A DNA stretch of 64,000 nt from Sphyrna mokarran (lineage: Eukaryota): the NCBI GenBank assembly GCA_024679065.1, contig JAGIQG010000016.1:14074001-14138000 (forward strand), in the 5' to 3' direction. Below, piece after piece: positions 1-12,179 of this stretch (position 1 is the first letter of the stretch; every line of letters begins with the position of its first letter). Both the position numbers and the translations under genes were made by a program. The notes under the pieces are model-generated. The model worked only from the letters and a program-made list of their open reading frames with translations, searched no databases and was not told the DNA's origin.

Positions 1-819
1 TTTGGCCAAAGCGAATCCTTACAATCAATAATAATACTTTCGAAATATCAGCATATGCATCTTACAATCATAATCACTCGTTTGATGAAGTATTACGCCT
101 CATGTGCGTCAATTACTTCTTGCAGGTTCATAAGCGCATGTTAAACTCATTTAACTGAATGTTGCTAGTTTTGTCAGTGCCTTAATTTATAATATTTTAA
201 AAATCTTTCCACTCTTTTAGGGATCCCATTTACAACATCAGTATTTAAAAGACTATTTATCATGTATGTTTTGTTCAGCCTTGCAACTTGAAGTCATAAT
301 CATTGAACCTCCCTCATCCTTCAGTCAATCGCATGTTTTCTCCATTGTCCCTTCTCATAACCACTTATTATTTTGGTTGTGACAAGAACGAGGCATTTGC
401 ATTTCCAGCTCAATCCATATCTGAGAAATGTCCATTCACATAAAAATATCAATTTCACCAATAATTCATTTCATCTGGGTTGTTGCAGATTCCCACTTCA
501 CATCAATATGCTTGATTTTAGTAGACAGGGTGCAAATTGCAACATGCTTCATTCCGGGCCCGATATCAAAGCTTAAGGAAATTTCAGTGATCACTGAAGA
601 CTAGCACTTGAGTGTTGGGCCCCAATGCAGGCAGTTTTCCATCAAGAGAAATGGAGTTAAAACATTTGTATCATTCTATCATTGAGTGCAAACTCACACC
701 CTGGTGCCTTCTTGTGCCTTCTTAATTCTTTTGGATTTACCCATAATTTTGGGATCTGTTGTAATTTTACCAACAATTTAAAAAGAACTTATGAGGTGTT
801 CTATTTTCTTTCATTACAG

Positions 820-855
820 AATGCTCTACCTTGAAAGACGCACTTGCTGAAAAGA
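820..855 (+). CDS. Coiled-coil microexon 1 (36 nt, phase 1-1): (E)CSTLKDALAEK
   Basis: ctattttctttcattacag|AATGCTCT...GAAAAGA|gtgagc; open frame; joins next exon as AAT (N). Confidence 0.8.
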
Positions 856-1081
856 GTGAGCTCCAAGAGTATACCGTGTGAAAACGCATGCCTATAATTG
901 ATATCAACTCAATGCAAAATACCTTGCAATAGTTGTATATGCAATTCCTTGTCATACAAATTTTAACATAATTTATTATTTAGACTACAGTTGATCAACT
1001 GAATAAAACTTTCGAATTTGACGAAAAATCAAATCATTCAACTGCTACAATAATTGCTGTTCACCTTTCCTCCTCGGCCAG

Positions 1082-1108
1082 ATAACGCCTTGTCTAAAAA
1101 AGAAAAAG
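1082..1108 (+). CDS. Coiled-coil microexon 2 (27 nt): NNALSKKEK
   Basis: cacctttcctcctcggccag|ATAACGCC...GAAAAAG|gtagga; KEK ending shared with exons at 17846 and 42675. Confidence 0.8.
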
Positions 1109-2475
1109 GTAGGAGTGGCACGACATATCAGCGAGTGTTACTCAGTATCTAGTGTTGTTGTTCTATTAATGATACACTCTCCCTGTTTATATGCTATGTC
1201 ATGTTTTATCATCCATGTAATAATGTATTTTATATTGACTTGTTTTAAGTTTGCGTCTGAACAATTGTTGCTGTGCATATTTACGGTTGTTTTATCTGTG
1301 CAAGCTTAATTTATTTTTGTCTTTCGTAGTTGTATATGTTGTATCATCAGTTGAATTCCCTGCAGTATCCCTGAAATATTGAGAAACTCGGATGATTTTG
1401 CAACATCTTTCACAAAATATTTAATAGGGTGCTCTCCGAATAATTTGATAGTAAGTTTTATCCAAGAGCCAACCAAGGAACAGTTGAAACTATGCAAGAC
1501 AGGGTTATGAAGATCACAATGTGATTGAATTTCCCATAGTTGGAAGTAAGGCATTATACATCAAAGTTTAGAACTTTAATTCTGAAAGAGGACTCAGCTG
1601 AGCACAAGAACGTGCACGTGGCTACAATGACGCATCAAACATTCTAAGAAATAGACAAGCAACGATGCAACTGCAGACATGTTAAGGAATACTACGGAAA
1701 AGCAGATATATCAAGTAAAAGAATCAAAGCTGCTGAATCGAGAATGCCGTGAGACTATAAAAGTAGTAATCATAATGTCGTTTAAGGCAGAGGCAACGGG
1801 AAGTTGTTTTCTGTAACCTGAAAGTTAGCCTTTAGATCTCCTTTCTTCTAAGAAAAACAATTAAATTAGTGGATTTGAAGATTTTTAAGGCAAGCGTGAA
1901 TAGTGAGTTACTGTTTTTGAAGGTTACAGTCAGATTAGAAATAACCAGAGTGTCACGACAGCTTCTAGCAGCTGGATGGGCTGCTGGTGATCCTAATTCG
2001 CATGTGGAGGCACAAATAAATAAATGTTTTAAACTGATTTCTGCTTATACAAAGGCACACTTGCGTATACATACTCTAATAAGAGAATGCATAGAGCAAA
2101 TTTACACAGACAAATATATAGCTAAATTTCCCATTAGGACATATAGAGAATCAGAAAATAACAGACAAATACCCCCTGATAAATAGTTAGGTCGATGGGT
2201 GTATGGCTGGATGGGTGGACGGACGGACGGATAAGTAGACGACCTATAGTGTCGATCATGTATAAATCTAGAGCTCCGTAACAAGGTATTGAACAAATTA
2301 AACAGTCCATCTTGAACAGCGAATTCTGAATTTAGTTTGGCGTCCCGGTGATGGGAAATGACCAGGAGGAGCTGTCAGCATTCGTCCAATTTAATGAATG
2401 GTGTACATGCAAATTCACGTTCAGCGGAATATAAGATAAGTATTCTTAACTATTGATTAAACACAATTATTTTAG

Positions 2476-2502
2476 AACTCAGGAGATGTGCTGAACAAGG
2501 CT
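2476..2502 (+). CDS. Coiled-coil microexon 3 (27 nt): ELRRCAEQG
   Basis: attattttag|AACTCAGG...CAAGGCT|gtaagt; consensus donor; in frame with neighbours. Confidence 0.75.
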
Positions 2503-2569
2503 GTAAGTAAGAAATTATCAGTTTGTTTTATTCTTGTTTTAAGCAAAAGAAAAAAAAAATGCGGGGAAG

Positions 2570-2765
2570 TATGAGCAGGCCTGACAGCATCTGTAAGGAG
2601 AGAAAAGAGGTGACGTTTCGAGTCTAGATATCCCTTCAGCTTTGACGAAGTGTCATCTGACTCGAAATTTCAATTCTTTTTTCACCTTACAGATTGTGCC
2701 AGAACTGCTGAGATTTTCCACCATTTTCTCGTTTGATTTCAGATTCTAACAGTAATTTGCTTTGA
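2570..2765. mobile_element. Palindromic Penelope-derived terminal-repeat element with degenerate hammerhead core
   Basis: Roughly 50-bp imperfect inverted arms (2574-2624 vs 2659-2709, including tttcgagtc/gactcgaaa); TTGACGA...GAAA core at 2642-2667; related pieces near 27450-27590, 54370-54530 and 63850-63960. Confidence 0.6.
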
Positions 2766-4680
2766 CTATATGATAGTTATGCCTTACTTTGTTCGTCAAT
2801 AGGTCGTTACTTGACATTTCATGTTCTTCAATATGATGCTATCTCGTTTAACTTTTTGGTACCTTAGTAGAGACAGACATTTGTTAATGCCACTTGGAAT
2901 GCGTCGGACTGCTTGTTTCAATAATTCAGTGGAGGTTTTGGTATGTAAGTTGAACAGAACTTACATACGAGCTGCAATTTGGTATTACCAGAAATAAATA
3001 CAAAATGCAAATACCAGTGTTTCTGGTATTTATTGTGGTGGAGATGTAGTTTCATTGTACTTGAACGAATTGTTTTCCTTATGTCATTAATCAAAATAAA
3101 ATGTCAATTCTGTGCTTGTGCTGGGAAGGCCCATCCGACATATCCTCCATGTCAATGGCGAACATTACCTCCTGTAAATGTGGCACTTCACTACGAGAAA
3201 TGGAATCCCACGCAATTAATCCATTGACCGTGGAAGAAAACGATAAAAGAAATTTATCGCATTTTCAGTCAGAAAGAATTGTGTTAAATTACAAACCCAA
3301 ATATTTAAATGGCAATTCAGCATTTCAGTCCAGTGAATTAGAGAAGCAAAATCATGATTCTGCTCGCCATGTCTTAAACTTTAAATTTGAACCACAATGA
3401 CCCTGTCAACTGATCGGAAAGGATCGCCAAACTATTTTTGAAACGCAAAGACCGTGCGAGTGCCGGGAATCACCGGCAGCGGGTATCCCTCAATAAACAA
3501 ATAAAGCACTGAGATTTGTGGGAGGTTTTTTTTCATAAAGTGGTTAGCTTGTGTCCTAGATTAACGGAGTTTCGGCAGAGGAAAAAACGATAATTGTCAG
3601 AAATATCGAACTTCTTACAATGTATCAACGGAAAACTAAATTACGCATAATTAGATGATCCAAACAACAAACGCTAACCGTAAGGGACAGTGCTGAAACT
3701 TTCTGATTCGAATTCTGTTCAACTTACAAGAAATGATGGTTGTCGTATTCTGACAATTGCGACACTTTATCTACCACATGTTTTACGCAGTGCCTCTCAT
3801 TCCGTCATTCACGGAATTTGATCAGGAGAATTATCACCTGTACCATGCACCAAGTATTGAATCCTCACCTGATAATATTTGGTAATAAATGGCTGGTGCT
3901 TGAGCAATTGTGATGGGAGCATTTGCTCTCCGACCACAGCAGCGGCTGCGCAAAAAATGCTCCCATAGTGAGCACCAGACGTCATGAGATCCTGAGCGGC
4001 CTTCCGTAAATGCCTGCCTTCAATCAAAAAATCAGTACACTGTAAGTTCTCTTGACACTTTTCAGTCAGAAATGATTTATATTAATGAGATGGTGTTTTC
4101 AGGTTTTCTTCACTTTCTCAAGAAATGTGCAACCTAGAGAAGTGGCATGAGAATACATTCAATTACAAATACCACTTTTGGTTAGGTAACAATTGTAACA
4201 CGTTAACTAGAGTAGGATTTTTATATATATTTTAATCGATGTCTAAATATATAAATCACATCATGAATAACGCACATGATGCCCTTCTATCAGGCGTTAT
4301 GCAGTAATTTTAACGTTTATCCGAGGGACAGATGCAGGTCTTCATTAAAAAAAAAACATAAGAACGCACTTCGAAACGACAGCATTGCCTCCAGAAGTAA
4401 CGTACTGGAGAGATAGCCTGGACATGTCTATTCAACGGAGTCACAACTGACTTACTAATTGAATAGCGGACACAGCCTCAGATGTAAATGTTCGGCGTCT
4501 GCTTCTTGCATTTCTTTTTTTTTTCATTTTAAAGTTTCATATAATTCGCAGGAGCTTTTCATGTATCTCAACCGTTCTTCTGGTCAAATTTCAAAAAACA
4601 ATGTGCAGCTGCCTCAGCATTTTTTTTTTTGCTTCTCTGAATGTTACTGAAAATCACCTAAACGTGCTTTTCGTCCACAG

Positions 4681-4707
4681 CATCCGAACTGGAGGAAACG
4701 GCATATG
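4681..4707 (+). CDS. Coiled-coil microexon 4 (27 nt): SSELEETAY
   Basis: gtgcttttcgtccacag|CATCCGAA...GCATATG|gtaaag; junction codon T+CA = Ser. Confidence 0.75.
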
Positions 4708-6212
4708 GTAAAGACAAAATACATCGTAATCAATTTATGTCTTCACTAACTTTCTGCAGTGTAAATAAATGTAAAATCTGCTTGGGCATAACTAAGCAAA
4801 GATAACATTGAATTCAAAACAATACCGTTAAAATGCAGTTAACTTTTCCTTCTGAAACAACAAAGAAACGTTTAACACAGTTGCGTAATATGGTATCCAA
4901 CGCATTCAGAGAATCACCCACAAACATTATATTGAAGGGAAAAGACTAGCAAATAATTTGAAGCCTTGACAATAGATAGATATTAATGGCTGTCTTAGAT
5001 ACGGAGAGACATGTGGACGAGCAGAGACATGCATGGAAAGAATAAAATAATACTTATAGCCATACGAATATAACCATTCCGGATCACTGCCACAACCCTA
5101 AATGTAACCAGTCCTTTTGTAAGTTATATTCACTTCGCATAAGGATACATCTTTTTGATTATCACAAATTGCATCTATGCTTCATTTTCACTCCCATTGA
5201 TTTTCATTTGTATTTCACGGCTACGGATTTTTAAAAAATCAAACTTGCCCTGAAGACTTATTATGTCTTGCTCGAAGTCACACATTTGCAGTCACAGAGT
5301 TATTAGCAACATGTCAAGAAAATTACACTGTTGGTTAAATGTATTTATGCACCAAGCAACAGCCAAAGCCTGGGAATTACTGATAAAATATGTGTAACAA
5401 TGTGTAATATGTGCTTGAAGTCTCGACAGAAAGAATCATAGAATCAGAGCGTCTCTACAGTGCAGAAGAAGACTATTCGACCCATCTACTTTGCATTAAA
5501 ACACTTCCACCCACGCCCTATCTCTGTCGTGTCCTATCCACGTACCGTGATGACATTCGGGCCAATGCAGCCGGCATGAGTTGCACCCAATCCATCAGCT
5601 TATAATTTACTTAAACCTGTATGGATGCACAAAGTCAATGGCATGATCACATGTTAGATTCACTGTTCTAAATTTCTAAGCTTCCTCTGCCAGCGTTTCT
5701 GAAACCGATGAAATATATCACGTGGGTACGCAAGAGCAATAGCTTCCCATTGCACCAGCACCTACAGCTGGTGACTACAGCTCTGCCTTCAACGCCATCA
5801 TTATTATGAAACTCGTCTCCAAACTCCATGGTCTCAGCTTCTCCCACCGCGATTAAGTCCTGAACTTCCTAATCCACAAAACACAATCAGTAAGGATAGG
5901 CAACAACACCTCGTCCACGATCATCCTCAACATCCGTATCCCGCAAGGCTGTGTGCTCAGGCCCTGCTATACCCGTGTGACTCTGTGGCCAAATTTCCAT
6001 CCAACTCGATTTTCAAGTTTGCAGATAACATCACCATAGTGGGACGGAATTCAAAGAATGACAAAACAGGAATGAGATAGAGAATCCGGTGAACTGCTAC
6101 AACAAGAAAGATATCTGCCTCAATGTCAACAAAAGGAAAGAGATGATCATTGACTTCAGGATGCGTAGTGGAGAACACGCCTCAATCTACATCAGTCGGG
6201 ATGAAGCAGAAA

Positions 6213-6574
6213 TCCATAAAATCTATACAACCCTTAACGTGCGCAAGATCATCATTCGCCCCATCAAGATTGCGCCGACCATAATCCAACTCAGGCATTA
6301 TATTCATAACCCATATATTTACCCCACTGATCCCCCTGACACGAGAGTCAATTCGTCACGAACAACGGGGCGGTTCGATAGCACAGTGATTAGCACTGCT
6401 GCTTCACAGCTCCAAGGTCGTGGGTTCGATACCTGGCTCGCGTCACTGTCTGTGTGAAGTTTGCACATACTCCTCAAGGAGTGGGTTTCTTCCGGGTGCT
6501 CCGGTTCCCCCCCTCCCCAACACCCCCCCAGCCTCCCCCCCCCCCCCCCCCCCCCCCCCGCCCCCCACCCCACC

Positions 6575-6605
<31 letters not shown>

Positions 6606-6966
6606 ACAGTTCAAAGATGTGCGGGTTAGGTTGATTAGCCGTGCTGAGGAACTGTCCGTTCGTGTCCAGGGATGCGTACATTAGAGGGATATGTAGGGAT
6701 ATGGGATAGGGCCTGGATGGGGTTGTACTCTGTGCAGACTCGATGGGCCAAAGCGTCGTCTCTTTCTGCACTGTAGGGTTCTATAATTCTCTGAACGTAA
6801 CCGACACGTCTTTGGACTCTAAGAGGAAACCATAGCACCTGGAGGAAACCCACGCAGACACGGGAAAATGTATAAGTTCCAAATTGGCAGTGAACCGAGG
6901 CAACAATTGAATCCATGTCCCTAGTGCTGTGAGGCAGCACGCTAACCACTGTGCTATCGTGCCTCC
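6213..6966 (-). mobile_element. HE1-type V-SINE (minus strand), split by a second SINE
   Basis: Tail at 6213-6365, V-domain/head at 6795-6966 (ggaggaaacccacgcagacacggg; gctgtgaggcagcacgctaaccactgtgc). Confidence 0.75.
6367..6790 (+). mobile_element. HE1-type V-SINE with internal poly-C/(CA)n expansion
   Basis: tRNA-like head gcacagtgattagcactgctgcttcacag...gggttcgat; V-domain ccgggtgctccggtt; tail gactcgatgggccaaa...ctgcactgtagggtttcta. Confidence 0.88.
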
Positions 6967-8304
6967 CCAGTATTTGAAATAATCGAGAGCTTCATGTTTT
7001 AGAAGTCCTGTTCCCCCAGTGGCGACACTGTAATTAAGAAAGCCCTCCAACATCTCTACCTTCTCAAAAGACTAAGGAACTTTGACATGTCAGCTACGCC
7101 TCTTACCAGCTTTTACAAATGCACCATAGAAAGCATTCTTTTTGGTTTTATCAGAGTTTGGTACTGCTTCTGCTCTGGCCAAGACTGCAAGAGACTACAA
7201 AAGTCGTGAATGCAACCCAACCCATTACGAAACACAGCCTTCCATCCATTGACAATGTCTATATTTGCTGCAGCCTCAGAAAATCAGCCAGCATATTAAA
7301 GACCCCACGTACCTTAGGCATACTCTCTTCCACGTCCTTGCATTGGCAGAAACATAGACATGTCCGAGGTCGCGTAACAGGGGACTCAAGAACCGTTTAT
7401 TTTCTGCTGCCATCAGACTTTTGAATGGACCTACATTAAGTTGGTCTTTGCCTGTACCCTAACATTGATTGTAGACTGCAAACTGCATTTTCTCATTTCC
7501 TTCTCCATGAACGCAATGCTTTTCCTTTATAGCGCGCAAGAAACAATAATTTTCTCCGTATTACTAAGTATTACTAATACCAGTGACAATAATAAATCAA
7601 ATTTAATCAAATCAACTCACCTGCCAGTTCCTCTACAAGTCACGCACTGTTGTGACCTGGAAGTGCCTACACTGTCACTGGGTCAACATTCTCGGGCCTC
7701 CTGTTTGGCAAAATTAGTTGTGTTCCTGAGCTGCGAGGAGTTCAGTAGTATTGGCAGGCGACTCATCACTATTTATTGAATACAAATAGCAATTACGGAT
7801 GCCGCAAACTTGTTGGCTTATCAAAGGGTTTTCACAATCCATGAATGATTTAAAATATCTGAATATTGTGTCTCTAATTACTATCTTATGCGCAATAGCA
7901 TTTGCATGTTAAACACATGGGAAATTCATCTTCCTAGCTCTTCCCCTGGGTACCCTTCAAATTGGCTAATCGAATGTACGATCATTATTCTTGTGTTTAG
8001 GAGGTACAAACCAACTTCTAATATCTATTCATTGTATTTCGTTAAGTGTGCCGGCTGCAATGTGATAAATCTACCCAACAATTCAATGAAGTTCATTAAT
8101 TTTTAACATAACCAGCCCAGATAATCCAATAACCAGCACAGCTGGACAGAAATTGAACACAACTATTTAGCCTCCTTGGTAAAAATGTCAGAATGACTAT
8201 ATGTGATTTAAATTGATCAGGTAAAAATAATCTGAGTCTCAAGTGCACAGCAATGAATCTGAAATGAAAACAAGTCTTGAATTAACATACTTTTTTACTT
8301 ACAG

Positions 8305-8340
8305 AAGTGGTAAGGCTGAAAGAATTGTTGGAAGAATCAG
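8305..8340 (+). CDS. Coiled-coil microexon 5 (36 nt): EVVRLKELLEES
   Basis: ttttttacttacag|AAGTGGTA...GAATCAG|gtaatt; heptad-patterned peptide. Confidence 0.85.
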
Positions 8341-8699
8341 GTAATTATGTTCAACAAGTAACTACTGCCAATGTAGTCAATGAGCTCAAAATTTTAATAG
8401 CGAGTAATGTATGCAACAGATACCACTCTGGAGTTCCAATTAGTTTGCGTCAAAAGTGTGCGAATGCCAGCCAATATTCCGGATACTCTTATGCACCTGG
8501 CATTAGACAGGATACAAACAAAAATCAAATGACTCAGGAACCCTATGCATGTCGACTTCCGTCCGTATACGAAAAAAAAATTGCAAAGGATATCGTTAAA
8601 ACAAATGAAGGAAAATTTTCTAAGGTCAATATTTATCCGGCCATCCGCAGACCAAACTAAGAACTTGGATGTTTAGCATAATATTATCAGTGTTTCACC

Positions 8700-9180
8700 A
8701 GCTTTGGGAGTCACTGAAATTGACTTGGACTATGGCCATGGCCTAACGCCCTTTGATGTTTTTGATGCATCGTTTGATTCAACAGTGGAATCTGTGCTTC
8801 GAAGGTACATAATCAGCAAGGATTAACTGCAATTTCAGGAGTTAAAAGCAACACTGACGAATATACATCGGAGATACATTCAAGTGAGGATAGCGTAAAA
8901 CTTGGGACGAAAAGTTGAGGTGCTTGTGTACCAAACAAACTGGCTACTATCACAGCTAGATCGCAGAAGTCGGAAATTTGAGATTAGTTCACGAGTAAGC
9001 CTGTTGAAGTCGCTGCCAAACATCAGTTGAATTGAAGTCAGCTCCAAAACTGATGAGCCGCATTCAGAAGGAACCAAAATCCAGTTTTTGGGGCAAAGCC
9101 AGGTTGCAGCATTGTCTGAGTATTTGGATGTTATTCTGATTTCACAACTCCAGTCTTTCACAACACACTTTACGTCTGAG
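8700..9180 (+). mobile_element. Possible highly decayed Gypsy-type protease region
   Basis: Weak, frameshifted resemblance to ELDTG, YTGE and SLLG...LNW motifs. Confidence 0.25.
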
Positions 9181-9904
9181 TTTAGCTCAAAACTATCTTC
9201 CCACAAAAGAAATCCAGGTTATTAGTCCCATCATCTTCATGTCACTCCTATGAAGAATCAATTCAATTAAGCTCTTGCATTCTTAGGCATGTATCTAATT
9301 GTTTTTTTTTTTTGAGTACGTTGATTAAGTCTGCCACCACGATAGCCTCAGGTTGGTCATTCCAAATGCTAATTATATTCTGCTTAACTTTTTTTATTCA
9401 CATCGCAGTACCTTACTTTGACAAATGGCTTAAATCTGTGCTCTCCACTTGTTGTTTCTTCTTCTGCTAACGACTGATTTCCCTATAACTCTGATACAGG
9501 TTCTTCATAATTTGTAATTACGAATTCAATTTCGGCTCACCCATTCAACCAAGTTCTTCATGCTTCATAAACACTTCTGTCCATAATTTTTCACTGCCTC
9601 CAAATCTTTCATATTGTCTGGTGCACAAAATTTTGGGAAAAAAATCACGAACATAAATGTGTTTTGTCAAGGTGAACATAAATATTTTGCTTTGTATTCA
9701 ATTCAATAAGCCATTTTGCAACAACGCTTACATTATCCTTCCGCTCCTAGTAATTTATGTGCATATACACCACCAACTCCTGCCCCAACATCAATCATGC
9801 TCCCAACTGCTGCACCAAGATTAACATCCATAATATACGTACCAAAGTACATAGAATTAAAGAGCAGGAGTAAGCATTTTGCACCCACCCACCCCCCGCC
9901 CCTT

Positions 9905-10233
9905 CGTAGAATCATAAAATCCTACAGTGCAGAAGAAGGTCATTCGGTCCATTGATTATGCACTGACCACAATCCCACCATATCCACATAATCCCATGCA
10001 TTTGCCCTAGCTAGTCCCTTTACGTAAAAGGACAATTTAGCATGGCCAGTCCACTAACCCACAAATGTTTGGACTATGGGAGGAAACGGAGTACCCGGAG
10101 GAAACTCACGTGGATGCGGGGACAATGTGCAAAGAGCAAACTCTAGGCAGACAGTGTCCCAAAACGGGAATCAAACCCAGGTCAGCTGCATTGTGAGGCA
10201 ACAATGCTAACCACTGTGCCAAGGTACCACGCC
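9905..10233 (-). mobile_element. HE1-type V-SINE
   Basis: Reverse-complement tail catagaa/cctacagtgcagaag, V-domain gggaggaaacggagtacccggaggaaac, head gctaaccactgtgcc. Confidence 0.88.
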
Positions 10234-10239
10234 TGTTTC

Positions 10240-10301
10240 TCTTTGCAATAATGTCATTACTGATCAGATTTCTTTGCAATAATGTCATTACTGATCAGAT
10301 T
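10240..10301. repeat. Perfect 31-bp tandem duplication
   Basis: tctttgcaataatgtcattactgatcagatt twice (10240-10270, 10271-10301). Confidence 0.95.
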
Positions 10302-10317
10302 GCAACTTCTCTTGCAT

Positions 10318-10650
10318 GGATGGCATTGTAGAACAATGGTTAGCACTGCTGCTTCATAGCTCTAGGGACCTGAGTTTGATTCCCCGCTTGGATCACTGTC
10401 TGTGTGGAATTTGTACATTCTCCTCCTGCTGCGTGTGTTCCCTCCGAGTGCTCCGGTTTCCTCCCACAATCCAAAGATATACAGGTTAGGTTGATTGGCC
10501 ATGCTAAAAATTGCCCCTTAGAGTCCTGAGATGCATACGTTAGAGGGATTAATGGGTAAATATGTAGAGATATGTGGGTGAGATGGTGGTCTGTGCAGAC
10601 TCGATGGGCCAAATGCTCTCTTTCTGCACTATAGAGTTTCTATGATTATT
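10318..10650 (+). mobile_element. HE1-type V-SINE
   Basis: ggttagcactgctgcttcatag...gtgctccggtttcctcccacaatccaaagat...gactcgatgggccaaatg. Confidence 0.9.
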
Positions 10651-10756
10651 ATGATAACATTTCACCATGTTGCCTATCAATTGTGCCGCTACATTTGAGA
10701 TATTCAAAATACTTCCTTCCATCTCTTTTGAATAATAAAGAGGTACAAGAAATTTG

Positions 10757-11070
10757 AGCGGCACTGCGGCACAATGGTTAGCACGGCTGCGTCACAGCAC
10801 CAGTGATCTGGGTTTGAATTCCTGCTTGGGTCTCTGTCTGTGTGTGTTTCCTTTGGGTGCTCCAGTTTCCTCACACACTCCAAAGACGTGCGGGCTAGGT
10901 TGCCTGGTCATGATAAATTGTCCCTTACTGTCCCGGATGGATAGCTTAGAGGGATTAGAAAGATAGATACGTGGCGTGATGGGTACAGGGCCTAGGTGGG
11001 ATAGCTGTCGGTGCAGACTCAATAACACAAATGGCAGCCTTCTGCAAGATAAGGATTCTACGATCATATG
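10757..11070 (+). mobile_element. HE1-type V-SINE
   Basis: gcggcactgcggcacaatggttagcacggctgcgtcacagc...gctccagtttcctcacacactccaaagacgtgcggg. Confidence 0.85.
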
Positions 11071-11619
11071 ACTTATTACCAACTGAAAACATACGCTTAC
11101 CTTGGTCTTAAATGGCAAGTACTCAACTGTAAACAGTAGACCCTAGTTCCAGATTCTCCCACAATGGGAACGAACCACGCATTCTACACCGATTCCATTA
11201 AAACCCCTCAGAACCTTACGTCTGTCATTCAAGACTACTCTTATTACTCCAAGCTGAAGAAAATTCAAGTCCAGCCTGTCCAACTCTTCCCTTCAGACTG
11301 CCCGCCCATTGGAGACATTATAATGCATTGCCCATATATTGTTTTCAGTCAGATAAAACTCCAGGGGTTCCACTACAAACATTTCTCCAGTCCTATCCAT
11401 TCATCACAGTGCTGTGCGTTCTATTACTTTGCCAACTTAATATCTACAATTGGATGTTCCATTTCATTCCATTGCTATCAGGTATTGGTGAGTTGCTTTA
11501 GGAAATGCCTTTGAAAGAACACTCAGAACACTGCAACAGTATTTTATGTTTTGACATTTCCTTACAGTTCATAAAAAAATCTCTCGCAACTTTATTGAAT
11601 TTGGTTTGGTTTGCCTTCA

Positions 11620-12175
11620 CTTGATTTGCTTTAATTTGATTTATTATTGTCACAACTATCCGTATGCAGTGAAGGGTACTGATACTTGTGCATTAAACTT
11701 ACAAAGTATATCGTTCATACCGTATGTAGAAGAGAAGGAGAGGAAAGGATGCAGATTGTTTTGTTACAATCGTAGCTAGTCTGTAGAGAAAAATTAGTTG
11801 AATTTAATGTAGGTCAATTCAAAAGCATCAGGGCAGAAGTTACTCTTGAATCGGTTGCTACGTGATCTCAGACTTTTGTATCTATTTTCCTGTCACAAAA
11901 AGGTGGAAGAGATTGTATCTGGGATGCGGGGTTCAATAATTATGCTGGAAGCTTTTCCAAGGCAGAGGGCAGTGTATCCGGAGTCAATGGATGGCGTGCA
12001 GTTTTGCGTGATGGAGTGGGATGCGTTCATAACCCTTTGTGGTTTATTGCAATCTTGGTGAGAGCAGCAGCCATATTAAGTTGCGATACATCCTGAAAAC
12101 ATGCTTTCAATGTTGCATTTGAAAAAAAATGATGAATCATAGAGCCAACATGCTGAATTTCTTGAGCTTCCAGGC
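11620..12175 (-). mobile_element. Rex1/Babar-type LINE 3' fragment
   Basis: Reverse tail gatttgatttattattgtcac; homologous to 7050-7617 and 44700-45260. Confidence 0.75.
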
Positions 12176-12179
12176 GCGA

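Larger units (their letters stand above)
5765..7617 (+). mobile_element. Degenerate Rex1/Babar-type LINE (RT to 3' tail), interrupted by nested SINEs at about 6213-6970
   Basis: Translatable remnants DYSSAFN, PQGCVL, FKFADN, LNVNKRKEMIIDFR; resumes near 6980 and ends gacaataataaatcaaatttaatcaaatcaa. Confidence 0.8.

Noticed and set aside
6319-6771. Poly-Pro / poly-Gly ORFs (6420-6629, 6454-6684, 6319-6771)
   Set aside because: Translation of the poly-C expansion inside an HE1 SINE, not a gene
8192-8220. 29-nt AG...GTAAAA segment
   Set aside because: Not a multiple of 3 and no pyrimidine tract
8307-8660. 117-aa ORF starting VVRLKELLEES
   Set aside because: Only the first 11 codons belong to the microexon; the rest is intron read-through past the 8341 donor. 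The same applies to ORFs overlapping exons at 19757, 28666, 34147, 53729 and 58295
6367-10860. tRNA-like A/B box sequences
   Set aside because: They are SINE heads followed by V-domain and LINE-like tail, not tRNA genes
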